A stretch of 64,000 bases of DNA from the NCBI RefSeq assembly GCF_006345805.1, contig NC_042999.1:159588001-159652000 (forward strand), in the 5' to 3' direction. Of this stretch, positions 25,120 through 37,711 are shown piece after piece. This DNA comes from Octopus sinensis (lineage: Eukaryota). The translations under genes and the position numbers were made by a program. Position 1 is the first letter of the stretch. Each line of letters begins with the position of its first letter. The notes beneath the pieces were generated by a model. The model searched no databases and was not told the DNA's origin. It saw only the letters and a list, made by a program, of their open reading frames with translations.

Positions 25120-25505
25120 TACTCTTTTACTCTTTTACTTGTTTCAGTCATTTGACTGCGGCCATGCTGGAGCACCGCCTTTTAATCGAGCAACTCGATC
25201 CCGGGACTTATTCTTTTGTAAGCTCAGTACTTATTCTATCGGTCTCTTTTGCCGAACCGCTAAGTAACGGGGACATAAACACACCAGCATCGGTTGTCAA
25301 GCAATGCTAGCGGGACAAACACAGACACACAAACACACGCACGCATATATATATGTACATATATACGACGGGCTTCTTTTCAGTTTCCGTCTACCAAATC
25401 CACTCACAAGTAGAAGACACTTGCCCAAGGTGCCACGCAGTGGGACTGAACCCGGAACCATGTGGTTGGTAAACAAGCTACTTACCACACAGCCACTCCT
25501 GCGCC
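25120..25505 (-). mobile_element. SINE family A, small internal deletion
   Basis: Homology to other A copies. Confidence 0.9.
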
Positions 25506-27233
25506 TAGTAGATTTTAGTAGATTTTTTTGAAGTAGTAGATAGGGGAAGGCCCTATTCATGCAAGCTTACAAAGTCTGGGTTCCACTATACGTGGCAGGA
25601 GTGCCCCTGATATTTCGGAGACCCGGAGCAATTGTCCCCATCTGGCTATGGAATATGAACAGTTTAGAAATTGTGTTAAGTTACAATTGCTGTGAAACTA
25701 GAAATATTGATTTCAAATTTTTGCACAAGGCAATCAATTTCGGAGGAAGGGTAACTCGATCACATCGGCCCCAGTGTTCGACTTGTACTTACTTTATCGA
25801 CCCCTAAAGGATGAAAGCCAAAGTTGAGCTTTACCCGGCGTGCAAATGATTTTGCCAGTTCGTCGTTGCCTTAGCTAAATTAGAAATATCAAATGGATTG
25901 TTCGCGGTAAATCAACTAAAATATGTTGCATGCGTTATGTATGCCTGAACACGTTATCATAAAGCTCTTTTGATAATTCCTAAGGAGTTTTCATTAGAAA
26001 ATAAGACAAAATTGCGCTCAACTAAACTATGGTAAACATTCAACTAGACACACAATGTATTGGCTATATATTACTATTTCATATTCAAATACTTTCGAAG
26101 ATGTTTGTGTGTAGAATAAATTACAGCATCTGATCAGTTCTTGAAAGGTATAAGAAAACACACAAATGACATTTACTTTAAATATGAAGGCAGAATGCCA
26201 GACATAAATTATATATGGTTTGGTGAGATACAATTTCCTGTTGAATGCTAAAACAACCCTTCAAATCTAAGAAACGATAACTACATCGATAATCTTCATA
26301 AAGTACTCTGCTGTGAAGAAATTATCTTAAATTATATCAATGACGAATTTCATTAAAATTACCAAAAAATGCATTCAGTCAAGCAATAGTAGAACAATAA
26401 CTTTACACACCTCTGTTCACCGGCATGTCGGGTATGCCACGAACATAATGGTACGCTATATTCGGATATATTATATTGGTCCTTAGTAAATTTATATTTT
26501 CGAAGGTGATGACGGTTTAGGATAACTTAGGAGAGCTACTTCTAAATACATTATCTTTCTTCAAATACATCATATTTAGTTGCTGAGCACCATCGACCAA
26601 AAATGCAAAATTACCCACTTTCGGCTCTTTAAGAAATGATATCAAAACATTTTCTCACTAGAGAATCTACATTCATAGATAACAATTTTTCCATCTTACA
26701 CCCTTTAAAGACACCAACCTTCAATCTCTCTTGAGCTGCAGCAGTAGTAATTACTAATTAATCTTTCGTTTGAAACCATTCTATTCATTTAAAATTGTAC
26801 CAACAAAACTTTTATGTCTCAACAAGTTGTTATATTACAGTGCAAGAATCGTAGAATACTGTAAAGTAGTGGTTTGTGAGTAAAGTACAGGGGAAAAGTT
26901 AGTCGATTACAGCAACCCCAGAACTTGACTGTATTATATTTTAGCAACCTCCAAAGAAGGAAAGTCAAAGCTGACCTCGATGGAATTGGAACTCAGATCC
27001 TATGGAACAGAACAAATATTTCAAGGTATTTTTCTGATGTCCTAACCATTCTACTTATCCAAACTAATAATAAAGGCAGATACCTACACTACTTTAACGC
27101 GTGCGGTGTAAGTATGATTTACGGAAAAGTTTTTCTATAACAACTCTTCAAAGTAGAGAAGATAGCTAAGTCATTTTGGAATGATATTGAGCGATTGAAA
27201 CAAACCAATGACTCTCCACTCTTTCTGCTGAAC

Positions 27234-27459
27234 TTACTCTTTTTACTCTTTTACTTGTTTCAGTCATTTGACTGCGGCCATGCTGGAGCACCGCCTTTAG
27301 TCGAGCAAATCGACCCCAGGACTTATTCTTTGTAAGCCTAGTACTTATTCTATTGGTCTCTTTTGCCGAACCGCTAAGTTACGGAGACGTAAACACACCA
27401 GCATCTGTTGTCAAGCGATGTTGGGGGGGACAAACACAGACACACAAACATATACACAC

Positions 27460-27490
<31 letters not shown>

Positions 27491-27653
27491 CGACGAGCTT
27501 CTTTTAGTTTCCGTCTACCAAATCCACTCACAAGGCTTTGGTCGGCCCGAGGCTATAGTGGAAGATACTTGCCCATGATGCCACGCAATGGGACTGAGCC
27601 CGGAACTATGTGATTGGTAAGCAAGCTACTTACCACACAGCCTCTCCTGCGCC
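27234..27653 (-). mobile_element. SINE family A
   Basis: Full-length copy. Confidence 0.9.
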
Positions 27654-28494
27654 TGCGTACCACACGGCCACTCGGGTATTCCAATTGTCTGGAAAGAGTC
27701 GGCGACGTTCTTAAAGACAGTTATGTTACATAGTTCATATGTGTGGACATAACTTCATGATCAAATCGAAATAGATCAACCAAACTTGCCCTCAGTGATA
27801 AGAACTATGCCTCATTGTGCTGAAATGCCTATTTTTGTATTTAATAAGTTGGATATCATCAATGCACCTCAGTGTAGCACAGCAGTTGTAAGTACTGAGA
27901 TTGATTCTTCAACCTACAAGAGTGCCTACGCCGTTCATACAGTTTGAAATTCCTTAGTGATCAATTTAGATCTTCTGAAGACCTCAGCAAAATCATTGGT
28001 AAATAGTTTGAGTCAAAATAACCAAAAACCTTTTGGAAACACATTTATTTTGTATCGATATAAAGAAAAAAAATCAGCCGCAATAACATTTTTTAACATC
28101 ATTCTGCAAATAGTTTGTTAAATGCAGCTTGATGTCAACCTGATTCAGACAAATGGAGACCTTCATTGGCAACTCAAAGGCCGCCGGGTAAAAATGTGAC
28201 TTGTTGCGTAATGGTAATGCACCTGCTCCTGTACCGAGTGGCAACTCGGTGCATCTAAAATAAAAGCACAAGACCATGAACATTGTGAAAAATACTTTGA
28301 ACACAATTGGATGGTGCTTTTATTTTAACCTGCCTCAGTCATTAGACAGCAGCCATGCTGGGACACTGCCTTGAGGTTGGGATTTGCTGGGACACCACAC
28401 TGATTGGTTGGGATTTGAAAATAATTTGCGTACTGCCTGACCAACTAAGTAGTTGCAGTACATTTCATTGTTATGTTTACACTCATTCTAAAAG

Positions 28495-28685
28495 AAATCA
28501 CTGGATTCGAAAGACAAAACCGGAGAAAAGAGTTTTTGATGCTGGAAAACCCAACATCAGAAAGCATCTTACACTCAGCACTTTATACCAGGCTAGTTTT
28601 GATGGAACAAATTACTAAAGCTTTAGGGTACACTTCTGAATATCTATCTGAATACTTTTCTGCCGCAAGTCAAGAGAGATTGAAG
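28495..28685 (+). CDS. Candidate exon of an unidentified gene
   Basis: 191 nt open (ITGFERQNRRKEFLMLENPTSESILHSALYTRLVLMEQITKALGYTSEYLSEYFSAASQERLK), AAG|GTAGGT donor, moderate acceptor; phase compatible with 21411-21480. Confidence 0.3.
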
Positions 28686-28877
28686 GTAGGTTTCTATAAT
28701 GGGTGTTAGATGGGAAAATTGCTATCGATAAATTTATTTAAATCTGGCGAGAAAATGTTTGGATATCATTTGCAGAAAGTGAGAAAGACTTTTTGGACAA
28801 CTATAAACTCGAAAATATATTACAACTAGGGTGAAACAAAAGTATTGAAGCAAGCTCCTTACAAATTCATTTACCTT

Positions 28878-29280
28878 GTTACTCTTTTACTTGTTTCAGT
28901 CATTTGACTGTGGCCATGCTGGAGCACCGCCTTTAGTCGAGCAACTCAACCCCGGGACTTATTCTTTTGTAAGCCCAGTACTTATTCTATCGGTCTCTTT
29001 TGCCGAACCGCTAAGTAACGGGGACATAAACACACCAGCATCGGTTGTCAAGCAATGCTAGGGGGACAAACACAGACACACAAACACACACATGCATATA
29101 TATATATATACATATATACGACGGGCTTCTTTCAGTTTCCGTCTACCAAATCCTCTCACAAGGTTTTGGTCGGCCCAAGGCTATAGCAGAAGACACTTGC
29201 CCAAGGTGCCATGCAGTGGGACTGAACCCGGAACCACGTGGTTGGTTAGCAAGCTACTTACCACACAGCCACTCCTGCGC
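28878..29280 (-). mobile_element. SINE family A flanked by a 146-bp direct repeat
   Basis: Full-length copy; flanks 28728-28873 and 29286-29431 differ at 2 positions. Confidence 0.9.
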
Positions 29281-29949
29281 TATGTATAAATTTATTTAAA
29301 TCTGACGAGAAAATGTTTGGATATCATTTGCAGAAAGTGAGAAAGACTTTTTGGACAACTATAAACTCGAAAATATATTACAACTAGGGTGAAACAAAAG
29401 TATTGAAGCAAGCTCCCTACAAATTCATTTAAACAACTTTCATGTCAATATATGGGTTGTTAGTGACAGTTAAGGAAGTTGTTTCCACCAAGGCATGAAA
29501 AGTATTGGAACAGCTACCAAGGAAGGTAGATTACAAATATGACGCTCGTACGTAAATGAAAATAAAAGGTAAGTGATCGTATTATGTTCGAGAACCTAAG
29601 AGGAAAAATACTTTCTTAAACAGCACACCTACCGAGCGAATTTTGATTTTATGTTTAAATACATCTCGGGACCTAGAATTAACATGAAATGGGTGAAATT
29701 TGTTGATTCGATAGTGCGTTTCTTCTCGCAACGTGCATCATTTTATTGATATTTGATGGCAAATACCTACTTTCAATACTGCAAATGAAATATGTGTAAA
29801 TATAACGTGAATATGTCACCTAATGAAAATAGTTAAATATCTTCCCAAAGCAGAGTTAAATGACTACGCAAGTTATTATACCATACAATTAAAAATTCTT
29901 TTCTACTAATTTGCGTAGTTCGTGTGTCTGATAGGCTTAAAAAGAGGAA

Positions 29950-30190
29950 AGTAACGATTCTGCCAGATGACAAACAATAGCTATTAGTTTCAAATTTTAG
30001 TATAAGGTCAGCAAGTTCTAAAAGGGATTAAGTCGATTACATCGACCCCAGTGCTCAACTGGTACTTATTTTCTCCAACCCGAAAGAGATAAAAAGCAAA
30101 ATGACCTCGGCGGAATTTGAACTCAGAACGTAAAGACGGATGAAATGCCGCTAAGCATTTCATCCGGCGTGCTAACGATGCTGCCACCTT
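29950..30190 (-). mobile_element. SINE family B, diverged
   Basis: Homology to B core and head; other diverged B pieces at about 25745-25875, 26900-27005, 53385-53455 and 61341-61500. Confidence 0.75.
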
Positions 30191-30500
30191 AAGGAAAGCG
30201 ATAAATATTGATATGGTTTTGATGCTACACGCGATAAAGTAAGGACTCAAAGGTTATTTATGATAGGTTTAGATGTATTTTGTAGGCTTTGTACTGTTTG
30301 CTTCTCTACGAGACAACTAATAGCAGTTGCCTGTATTGTTCGTATATTTCCAAACATTTCATACTCCTGTACAGATTGTATTATTTTGCGTATTCTGAGA
30401 TTTAATAATGCTTACAGACAGTTTTTCGAAATCAGTGGCAGAAGTCACTAGAAAAACTCTTATATATTTGCAAACAAGCTTTTCCTTTCATCGTGATCCG

Positions 30501-30560
30501 GTGATTACCGCCCGTTGATAAGAGGCAATAACCTCGAAACCGCGGTCCGGTGCGTATCAC
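30501..30560 (+). ncRNA. Type I hammerhead motif H5 with U3-A8 core
   Basis: CCG-TTGATAA-GAGG-CAATAA-CCTC-GAAA-CCGCGG-TC-CGG; palindromic ACCGCGGT stem III; stem I extends distally (GTGAT 30501-30505 / ATCAC 30556-30560). Confidence 0.7.
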
Positions 30561-31244
30561 TTAGGCTTACGAGAAAGGGATGGCCTCCCTTTGCAAATAC
30601 CATAAGGGCACAGATAGTGTGCCTAAAGCTAACTGGAGACGATGATCTCCTGGGGCTAAAAAGCTACAGTAACAACCCCCCCCTTGTGGTTAGCCATATT
30701 GAGATGGCTATTATACTTTACATTGTCGATCGATTACTGTTTACATCTCGTTCTGAGATTTAATAAATCTTATTTTCCATTTTTTAAAAAGTCATTTTTT
30801 TTTTCTAACTTGTATAACACTTACTATAAGTTAACCGTGCATATTCTGAAATATTCCCTTTATAGATATGCTATATGTATAAATATCCGGCTGCATCGTC
30901 AAAAACATTTCAGTTTTAGAATGCTAAAACATTGTTTGTCACTTTAGTGTCGTTCATTAGTTTTATTTATAGTTTCTGCACAATGCCCTTGTTCGTTTTC
31001 TTGGAATTTTATGTTGACAAGTTAAGGATATTCAAAATTCACTGTCACTTTACCGTTTGTTTCTGCCTGTTTTGCTCTGTTGACTGTAGACTTTGAACTT
31101 GTCAGTGGTAAGTTTTTCCGTCTTTTGACGACATTTAAGTCGTATTCTATCAAACTATATTGTCAGCACCATATAACAGAACAGCCTACAAAATATAGGA
31201 AAACAAATGCACACTGAACATGTGTTTATAATCTCATATTTAAA

Positions 31245-31660
31245 GGCGGCGAGCTGGTAGAAACGTTAGCACGCCGGGCGAAATGCTCAACGGTATTTCG
31301 TCTGCCGTTACGTTGTGAGTTCAAATTCCGCCGAGGTCGACTTTGCCTTTCATCCTTTCGGGGTCGATAAATTAAGTACCAGTTAAGCACTGGGGTCGAT
31401 ATAATCGACTTAATACCTATGTCTGTCCATGTTTGTCCCCTCTGTGTTCAGCCCCTTGTGGGTAATAAAGAAATAGGTATTTCGTCTGCCGATACGTTCC
31501 GGGTTCAAATTCTGCCGAGGTCGACTTTGCCTTTCATCCTTTCGGGGTCGATAAATTAAGTACCAGTTACGCACTAGGGTCAATGTAATCGACTTAACCC
31601 GTTTGTCTATCCTTGTTTGTCTTCTCTGTGTTTAGCCCCTTGTGGGTTGTAAAGAAATAT
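31245..31660 (+). mobile_element. SINE family B, head-to-tail dimer
   Basis: Full copy plus headless second copy inside one 16-bp TSD TATAATCTCATATTTA (31227-31242 and 31671-31686). Confidence 0.9.
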
Positions 31661-33820
31661 TAAAAAAATATATAATCTCATATTTATTTCTAAAATGGAT
31701 TATTTCCAACTGACGAAAATACCGTGGTAATATCGTGGTGCATTCTGATGCAATATATATATATATTGTCGTTGATTATATGCAGTTTTTCAAAACCCTT
31801 TGCAGGGAACATTATAATTGCATACTAAAGTGCATATAATCGACAATACTCTTCAAGCTATATTCAATGTTATTTATAATTGGTGACTTGTTCTGTAGGA
31901 ATATTTGCAACATCCCATGAAGAAAACAGCAGCGAATACTTTGAAACGACGCCTACAATTATAAAAATATGAATTACGTACAGATTTGCTCGTTCACGAT
32001 TTGTAGCCCGTGAAATAATTGAAATACTCTCAAATGTAATGCCCAAAACCACTTTAGTGTTTGCTAAAAGTTACTGACCTTCTGTCAGTTCTACAAAAGA
32101 AATCCAATGGTTCTATGAGCTGGCATAATCCTATTTCTAAAAATAATTTTCACTAAGTATGTACATGTGATGACATTGGAATGTCCACATAGTAGTTTGC
32201 TCTCCTTATTGCTAAACAAAATGTACATATATGCACAATAAACCGCAACAAATATAGTGAAAAAAAACAGAAAACACGAAAACTATACGTGATGCAAATG
32301 CGTCAACATACAAATATACATGGACAAAAGCAATCACACATAAGCAGAGATAAGCCTAAAACGTTTTGCTTTTTGTGGTGAGTAAATAAAAGAAAATAGC
32401 CTTTAAAAAGTAGCTTTTTAGTAATAAATAGCGCATAAAATGTAGCTGTTTAGTTATACGTTTCATTCAGTTTCAGTAAGTAAACTTTCTGATTGCCAGC
32501 CGACAATGGATAGCCAAAGTTATTTTTGCTATGACAATATTAAATTTGAAAGAACGGCATATATACTCATTCTTAAGACCTCACATGAAATTCAAGCATA
32601 TATATATATTAATCACTGTTCTATTTCGACGACGGTGAACGACTTACCCCTTCATCCGATTCATTGGCAGACTTCAGCATGCATCAGTAAATGATTTTTT
32701 TGCTGAATTCTGTCAACAGGAACCACAGTTCTTGTTTACTTTCATTGACCTGCAGCTAATTTTGACTAATGAGATACTACCAGATTGAAACAAGGCGGTG
32801 TCTCAAACTACCTTCTTTCTGACTCTTTCAGTTTCTCTCTCTCTCTATCTCTCTCTCTCTCTATCTCTCTCTCTCCTCTCTCTCTCTCTCTCCTTTTGTA
32901 TGCATATGTGTGAGTGTGTGTGTGTGTCTGTGTGTGTTTGTATGTGTGTCTGTGCGTGCGCGCATGGTCTCTGTTTATTTGTGTATGTATATAGGTATGT
33001 GTTTGTGTGCGCGTGTATATATGCTCATGTGTATATCCATATATTTGTGTGCTTGTGTGTGTATGTGCGTGCGTGTGACTGTTTGTCTGTATGTCTGCAT
33101 GTCTGTCTGTATATATGTATGTGTGTGTGCGCGCGTGTATATATGCCCATATGTATATCCATATATTTAGGGGAGGGGGAATGGTTTGTCCTGGTCACCC
33201 ATGGGAAATCTTAAATAGAATCTGTACGCTAGCCACAATTTGGCACCTTTCACGATCTTATGTAATACCTGCTTTTTTCGAATATAATAACCACACACAT
33301 AACAAAATGTATCTGGAGAATTTTTACATACTCTAGTAGCCATCCTGAAAGTAGCAGAACTTAGTAATTGGCCTGAAAGAGAAAATTAGACATACATTTA
33401 GTAGCGGAACATTATAACAATACCGAATATATAATAACATTGAAAGTCGACATATTTTTTTAACTGTCGATGATACACAAAAAATAATTTCGTTTTGGGA
33501 ATCAGCATAAAAAATGGATTGATAAACAATAAAAAAAATACAATAAACAATATTTTTTTTAATTGTTACTTTGTGTTATTTATGCTTGTTTATATGTGTG
33601 CGTGTATAGATGTACATACGTATAAATCGTTATATGTGCGTACGTGTATGTATGTATATGGTAGAAATACGAAAGATAGACTATACTGAAAACTTTATTT
33701 ATCACAACGATTGTTTCGATACATCTTGCACCGCTCCTTCGTGGATGAGAAACTATATAATGAATTATAGTGCACCCCACAGTGTAGAAGCACCTCTTCA
33801 GGTGATGCAACTCCGTTTTT

Positions 33821-34223
33821 GGATCTTTTCGGTTTGAACGGCAGTTTTTAACATAATTTCTAGGAAACTAAAAAAATTTAAACTTCGTATACTGGTAGAA
33901 TGTGTTTATAAAACAGCTTTTTCTCTTGGCTTTATTGAGAAAATTCTATGGTTTGTAAGATATTTGTTGTTGTTTTTTCTTCAATTTCTGCAATTTCAAC
34001 CAATCACTGACGTCTATTGAGGTAAAAAAAACATTCTGTGCCGTATGAATATGTCCCTCGTTTAAGAAACAGGTTGGGTTTATTTACATTTGTGAAGAAA
34101 AAAGATACCCTTCCCCCCACCCATAACCCTAACCCTAACTAACCCTAACCCTAAAACAGATTGAAATGCAATAGATTGATACTAGGGTCATAATTATGGG
34201 TGCCATTCAAACCGAAAAGATCC
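33821..34223. mobile_element. Non-autonomous TIR element (MITE-like) with internal (CCCTAA)n
   Basis: 23-bp TIRs GGATCTTTTCGGTTTGAA(C/T)GGCA (1 mismatch); possible 8-bp TSD CCGTTTTT/CAGTTTTT; telomere-type repeats at about 34124-34154. Confidence 0.8.
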
Positions 34224-34656
34224 CAGTTTTTCGTTACATAAGTAACGTTGCGCTCTTAAGCTTCACTAGAGCATGTTAATAGTAGCTGTACCTAAAATAC
34301 ATTGAGTAGAAATTAGGAATGGCAAATAATAGATTAAGTTGCTAAGCTGGGAATATAGACAGGAAGTAATTAAGAAAAAAATATATACAAAGAATAATAA
34401 AAGATAAAGCATACAATAAATTAAAATAAAAACACGCTATTAAGTGTGTCTGTATAGATAGCCACATCCAGTGGGTGCAGACGACTATGCGTGTATGTGT
34501 GTTATTACAAATATGTGCGTAAGCGTTTGTCGTTCTATCAGTATTAGTGTGTAGTCATATGGCGATTAAAGCGCAAACGAACATATGTGCGCATCTGCCC
34601 TCGTGTGTACGCATATATGTATGCACGTCTGTACTTGTGAGTGCATGTATTTGATA

Positions 34657-34827
34657 GGCGCAGGAGTGGCTGTGTGGTAAGTAGCTTGCTAAACAACCAC
34701 ATGGTTCCGGGTTCAGTCCCACTGCGTGGCATCTTGGGCAAGTGTCTTCTGCTATAGCCCCGGGCCGACCAATGCCTTGTGAGTGGATTTGGTAGACGGA
34801 AACTGAAAGAAGCCTGTCGTATATATG

Positions 34828-34860
<33 letters not shown>

Positions 34861-35060
34861 TTGTGTGTCTGTGTTTGTCCCCCTAGCATTGCTTGACAAC
34901 CGATGCTGGTGTGTTTACGTCCCCGTCACTTAGCGGTTCGGCAAAAGAGACTGATAGAATACGTACTGGGCTTACAAAGAATAAGTCCCGGGGTCGATTT
35001 GCTCGACTAAAGGTGGTGCTCCAGCATGGCCGCAGTCAAATGACTGAAACAAGTAAAAGA
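34657..35060 (+). mobile_element. SINE family A
   Basis: Full-length copy. Confidence 0.9.
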
Positions 35061-35170
35061 GAAAGAGAAAGAGAAAAGATTGTATGCGTGTATATGTGGA
35101 CGTATGGGCATCTATGTGCCTGTTGATGTATATATATAGAGAGAGAGGGAGAGAGAGGAATGGCTATATA

Positions 35171-35536
35171 GGAGCAGGAGTGGCTGTGTGGTAAGTAGCT
35201 TGCTTACCAGTCACATGGTACCGGCTTCAGTCCCACTGCGTGGCATCTTGGGCAAGTATCTTCTACTATAACCTCGAGCCGACCAAAGTCTTGTGAGTGG
35301 ATTTGGTAGGCGGAAACTGAAAGAAGCCTGTCGTGTGTGTGTGTTTGTTCCCCCATCATCGCTTGACAACCGATGCTGGTGTGTTTACATCCCCATAACT
35401 TAGCGGTTCGAAAAATAGACCGATAGAATAAGTACTAGGCTTACAAAGAATGAGCCCTGGCGTCTATTTATTCGATTAAAAGTGGTGCTCCAGCATGGCC
35501 AAAGTCAAATGACTGAAACAAATAAAAGAGTAAAGA

Positions 35537-35537
<1 letters not shown>
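35171..35537 (+). mobile_element. SINE family A, diverged
   Basis: Homology to other A copies. Confidence 0.85.
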
Positions 35538-35588
<51 letters not shown>

Positions 35589-35706
35589 GTATATATATAT
35601 ATATAGTTAATCCAAACATGAAAACACAAAGAAAAAACACAACAATGCGAGGACGTGGAACAAATATAGTATTATTGGACGCTCAGGAAGGAAGGGAAGA
35701 AGGAGG

Positions 35707-35737
35707 GTTTAACGTTTCGGAGCTCTTCGTCGGAAAC
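35707..35737 (-). ncRNA. Hammerhead-like motif H6 with CCGACGA core
   Basis: Minus strand GTTT-CCGACGA-AGAGCTCC-GAAA-CG-TT-AAAC: stem I GTTT/AAAC, palindromic ACGT, collapsed stem II. Confidence 0.45.
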
Positions 35738-36121
35738 ATAGGAGAAGGGAAGATCCAGAGAAGGGAAGACAGAGGAAAAAAATCGCCAACAGTACACATC
35801 TGCCCTCGTCGAATTAAACTACTATTAAATAAATGAATAATATATATATATATAGAAGTAGTTGAATGAATTATCCTAGTATGGATAATTCGGTTAACCG
35901 ATACCCGGGTAGCAAATTCACGTCAGAAAACACGGTTGAAGCTACATGCCAAGGGCAGAAATCACGTGCTTTCGTGTGGAAATTTGTGTGTTTTTTTGTA
36001 CTTTAAATAAATGAAAGAATGGAGTCGAACGACGATTTAACAAAATTCCTTTATTCTCGACATATGTGGGCAGTCATCTAAAAGTTTTTGTTCGTCATGA
36101 TGCTGACATAAGTTCCTTGTC

Positions 36122-36203
36122 TTTCCTGATGAGAAGGCGGCATAATGCACCCTTTATTCCTTCGGAATTAAGAATATGCAGTCTTCGAAACATATGTCGA
36201 GAA
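36122..36203 (+). ncRNA. Type I hammerhead motif H7, canonical core with extended stem II
   Basis: TTTC-CTGATGA-GAAGGCGGCATA..TATGCAGTCTTC-GAAA-CATATG-TC-GAGA: full core, G10.1-C11.1, 12-bp stem II with 1 mismatch, palindromic ACATATGT, GUC site. Nested inverted repeats at 36007-36067/36190-36250 (61 bp perfect) and about 35808-35850/36333-36375. Confidence 0.8.
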
Positions 36204-36253
36204 TAAAGGAATTTTGTTAAATCGTCGTTCGACTCCATTCTTTCATTTATATT

Positions 36254-36323
<70 letters not shown>

Positions 36324-36689
36324 CATATATATATATATATATATTATTCATTTATTTAATAGTAGTTTAGTTCGACTCCACGCATCTTAAAATTTCATAA
36401 GCTCGTCGTTCGAACCTAACTTGTCAGGACTAGGGATGAAAATGGAGAGGGTTCAAGATAGCTTCTGGATACTGGTCAACGCGCGTCACATGGTGTTACT
36501 AGTATAATGTTATTGGCGTAGAAGCGACAGCAATTTCTAATCGAATTCCTAGCATTCATTACATAGTCGGACAGGATGTTGACAGCGACTACTTCTCTGG
36601 CAAGTTGGAAACGACCGCAATACCTGATATGTGAGTGTGAGCATCTGGTGTGCATATGTATCAGTTATGTATTACGTGTGCGTGTATCC

Positions 36690-37260
36690 ACATGATGTGT
36701 GAGTGTATGTATCTATTGCGTTCGATTGTGTATCAGGTGTCAGTATGTGTGGCACCCACCGAATCATGACAAGTTCTTTGTGCAGATTATTCTCAGCTCT
36801 CTCACAGGATCTGCTAATAATAATAGCATTGGCTGTTTTATGTATAGTCAAGGGCTTGCCATCCATCAGCATGTGCTGAACACGATCAATGTTTTCCTCG
36901 ATGGTGACAATTACAGGACGTCCAGACTTTGAGTCATCTTGAAAACTATCCCTTCTCCTAAGTTTAGCTGCCCACTTTTGCACTGTTGAAAAACTAGAGT
37001 GTCATCCCCTAATGTTGCCAGGATGTACGTATGAATGTCGTGCGGGGCTAAACCCTTTTGCTACAGGTACTTGGTAACATCACGATGCCTAATTTCGTTC
37101 ATTTTCAAGAGAAGTCGCAACTAGTTTGAAGTCCTCTTTGAACAGTTAGATGCCAGTTTACCAAGAAAGAAACAATGATGTTATTAATATGCATGCACGA
37201 TTTCACAGCTCTAGCATTACTCCTTCATAGTCAGCCTATGAACTTTTCAGTCCTCAGTCG
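36690..37260 (-). mobile_element. Mariner-type transposon 5' fragment
   Basis: Minus ORF KWAAKLRRRDSFQDDSKSGRP..TIEENIDRVQHMLMD..LTIHKTA...RWVPHILTPD has the mariner HTH, SGRP and WVPHxL motifs; terminus ...CTGAAAAGTTCATAGGCTGAC next to TA at 37261-37262. Confidence 0.8.
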
Positions 37261-37292
37261 TATGTATATCCTATCATATTCATAAATATATA

Positions 37293-37674
37293 CGAGCAAA
37301 ACGACCCCCACCGTCTAATGGACGGTGCTGAGTTGTCAAACATTTAAACCAAATTTCTCAAAGCAACTTGTCCGATCGTCCCATAGGCCTCCCTTTGAGA
37401 AACACTGATTTAACATAAATTTGAGACACCGTGCATTTTTCTCGCGTACGCGTAGTATCGATCGCAATAGCTGATGTACTTGCGCGTACAAATGCACGTT
37501 TCCACGGCTTTATCGATCGCATTCTCACCTGGAATCGATTTTTGTAATTTTTTCAAGACTTATACACGCCCTGATACCGTCGGTATCTACATATCAAATT
37601 TGAGCGCAATCGGATGGCGGATGCCCGAGATCGTAGAAGACACACACACACAGACAGACAGAACGGATTTTATA
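37293..37674 (-). mobile_element. Non-autonomous Helitron-like element, family 2
   Basis: 3' CTCG-T end with perfect CACCGTC/GACGGTG hairpin just inside; homologous to 2740-3292. Confidence 0.6.
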
Positions 37675-37711
37675 TATGTATATCCTATCATATCCATAAA
37701 TATTATATATA

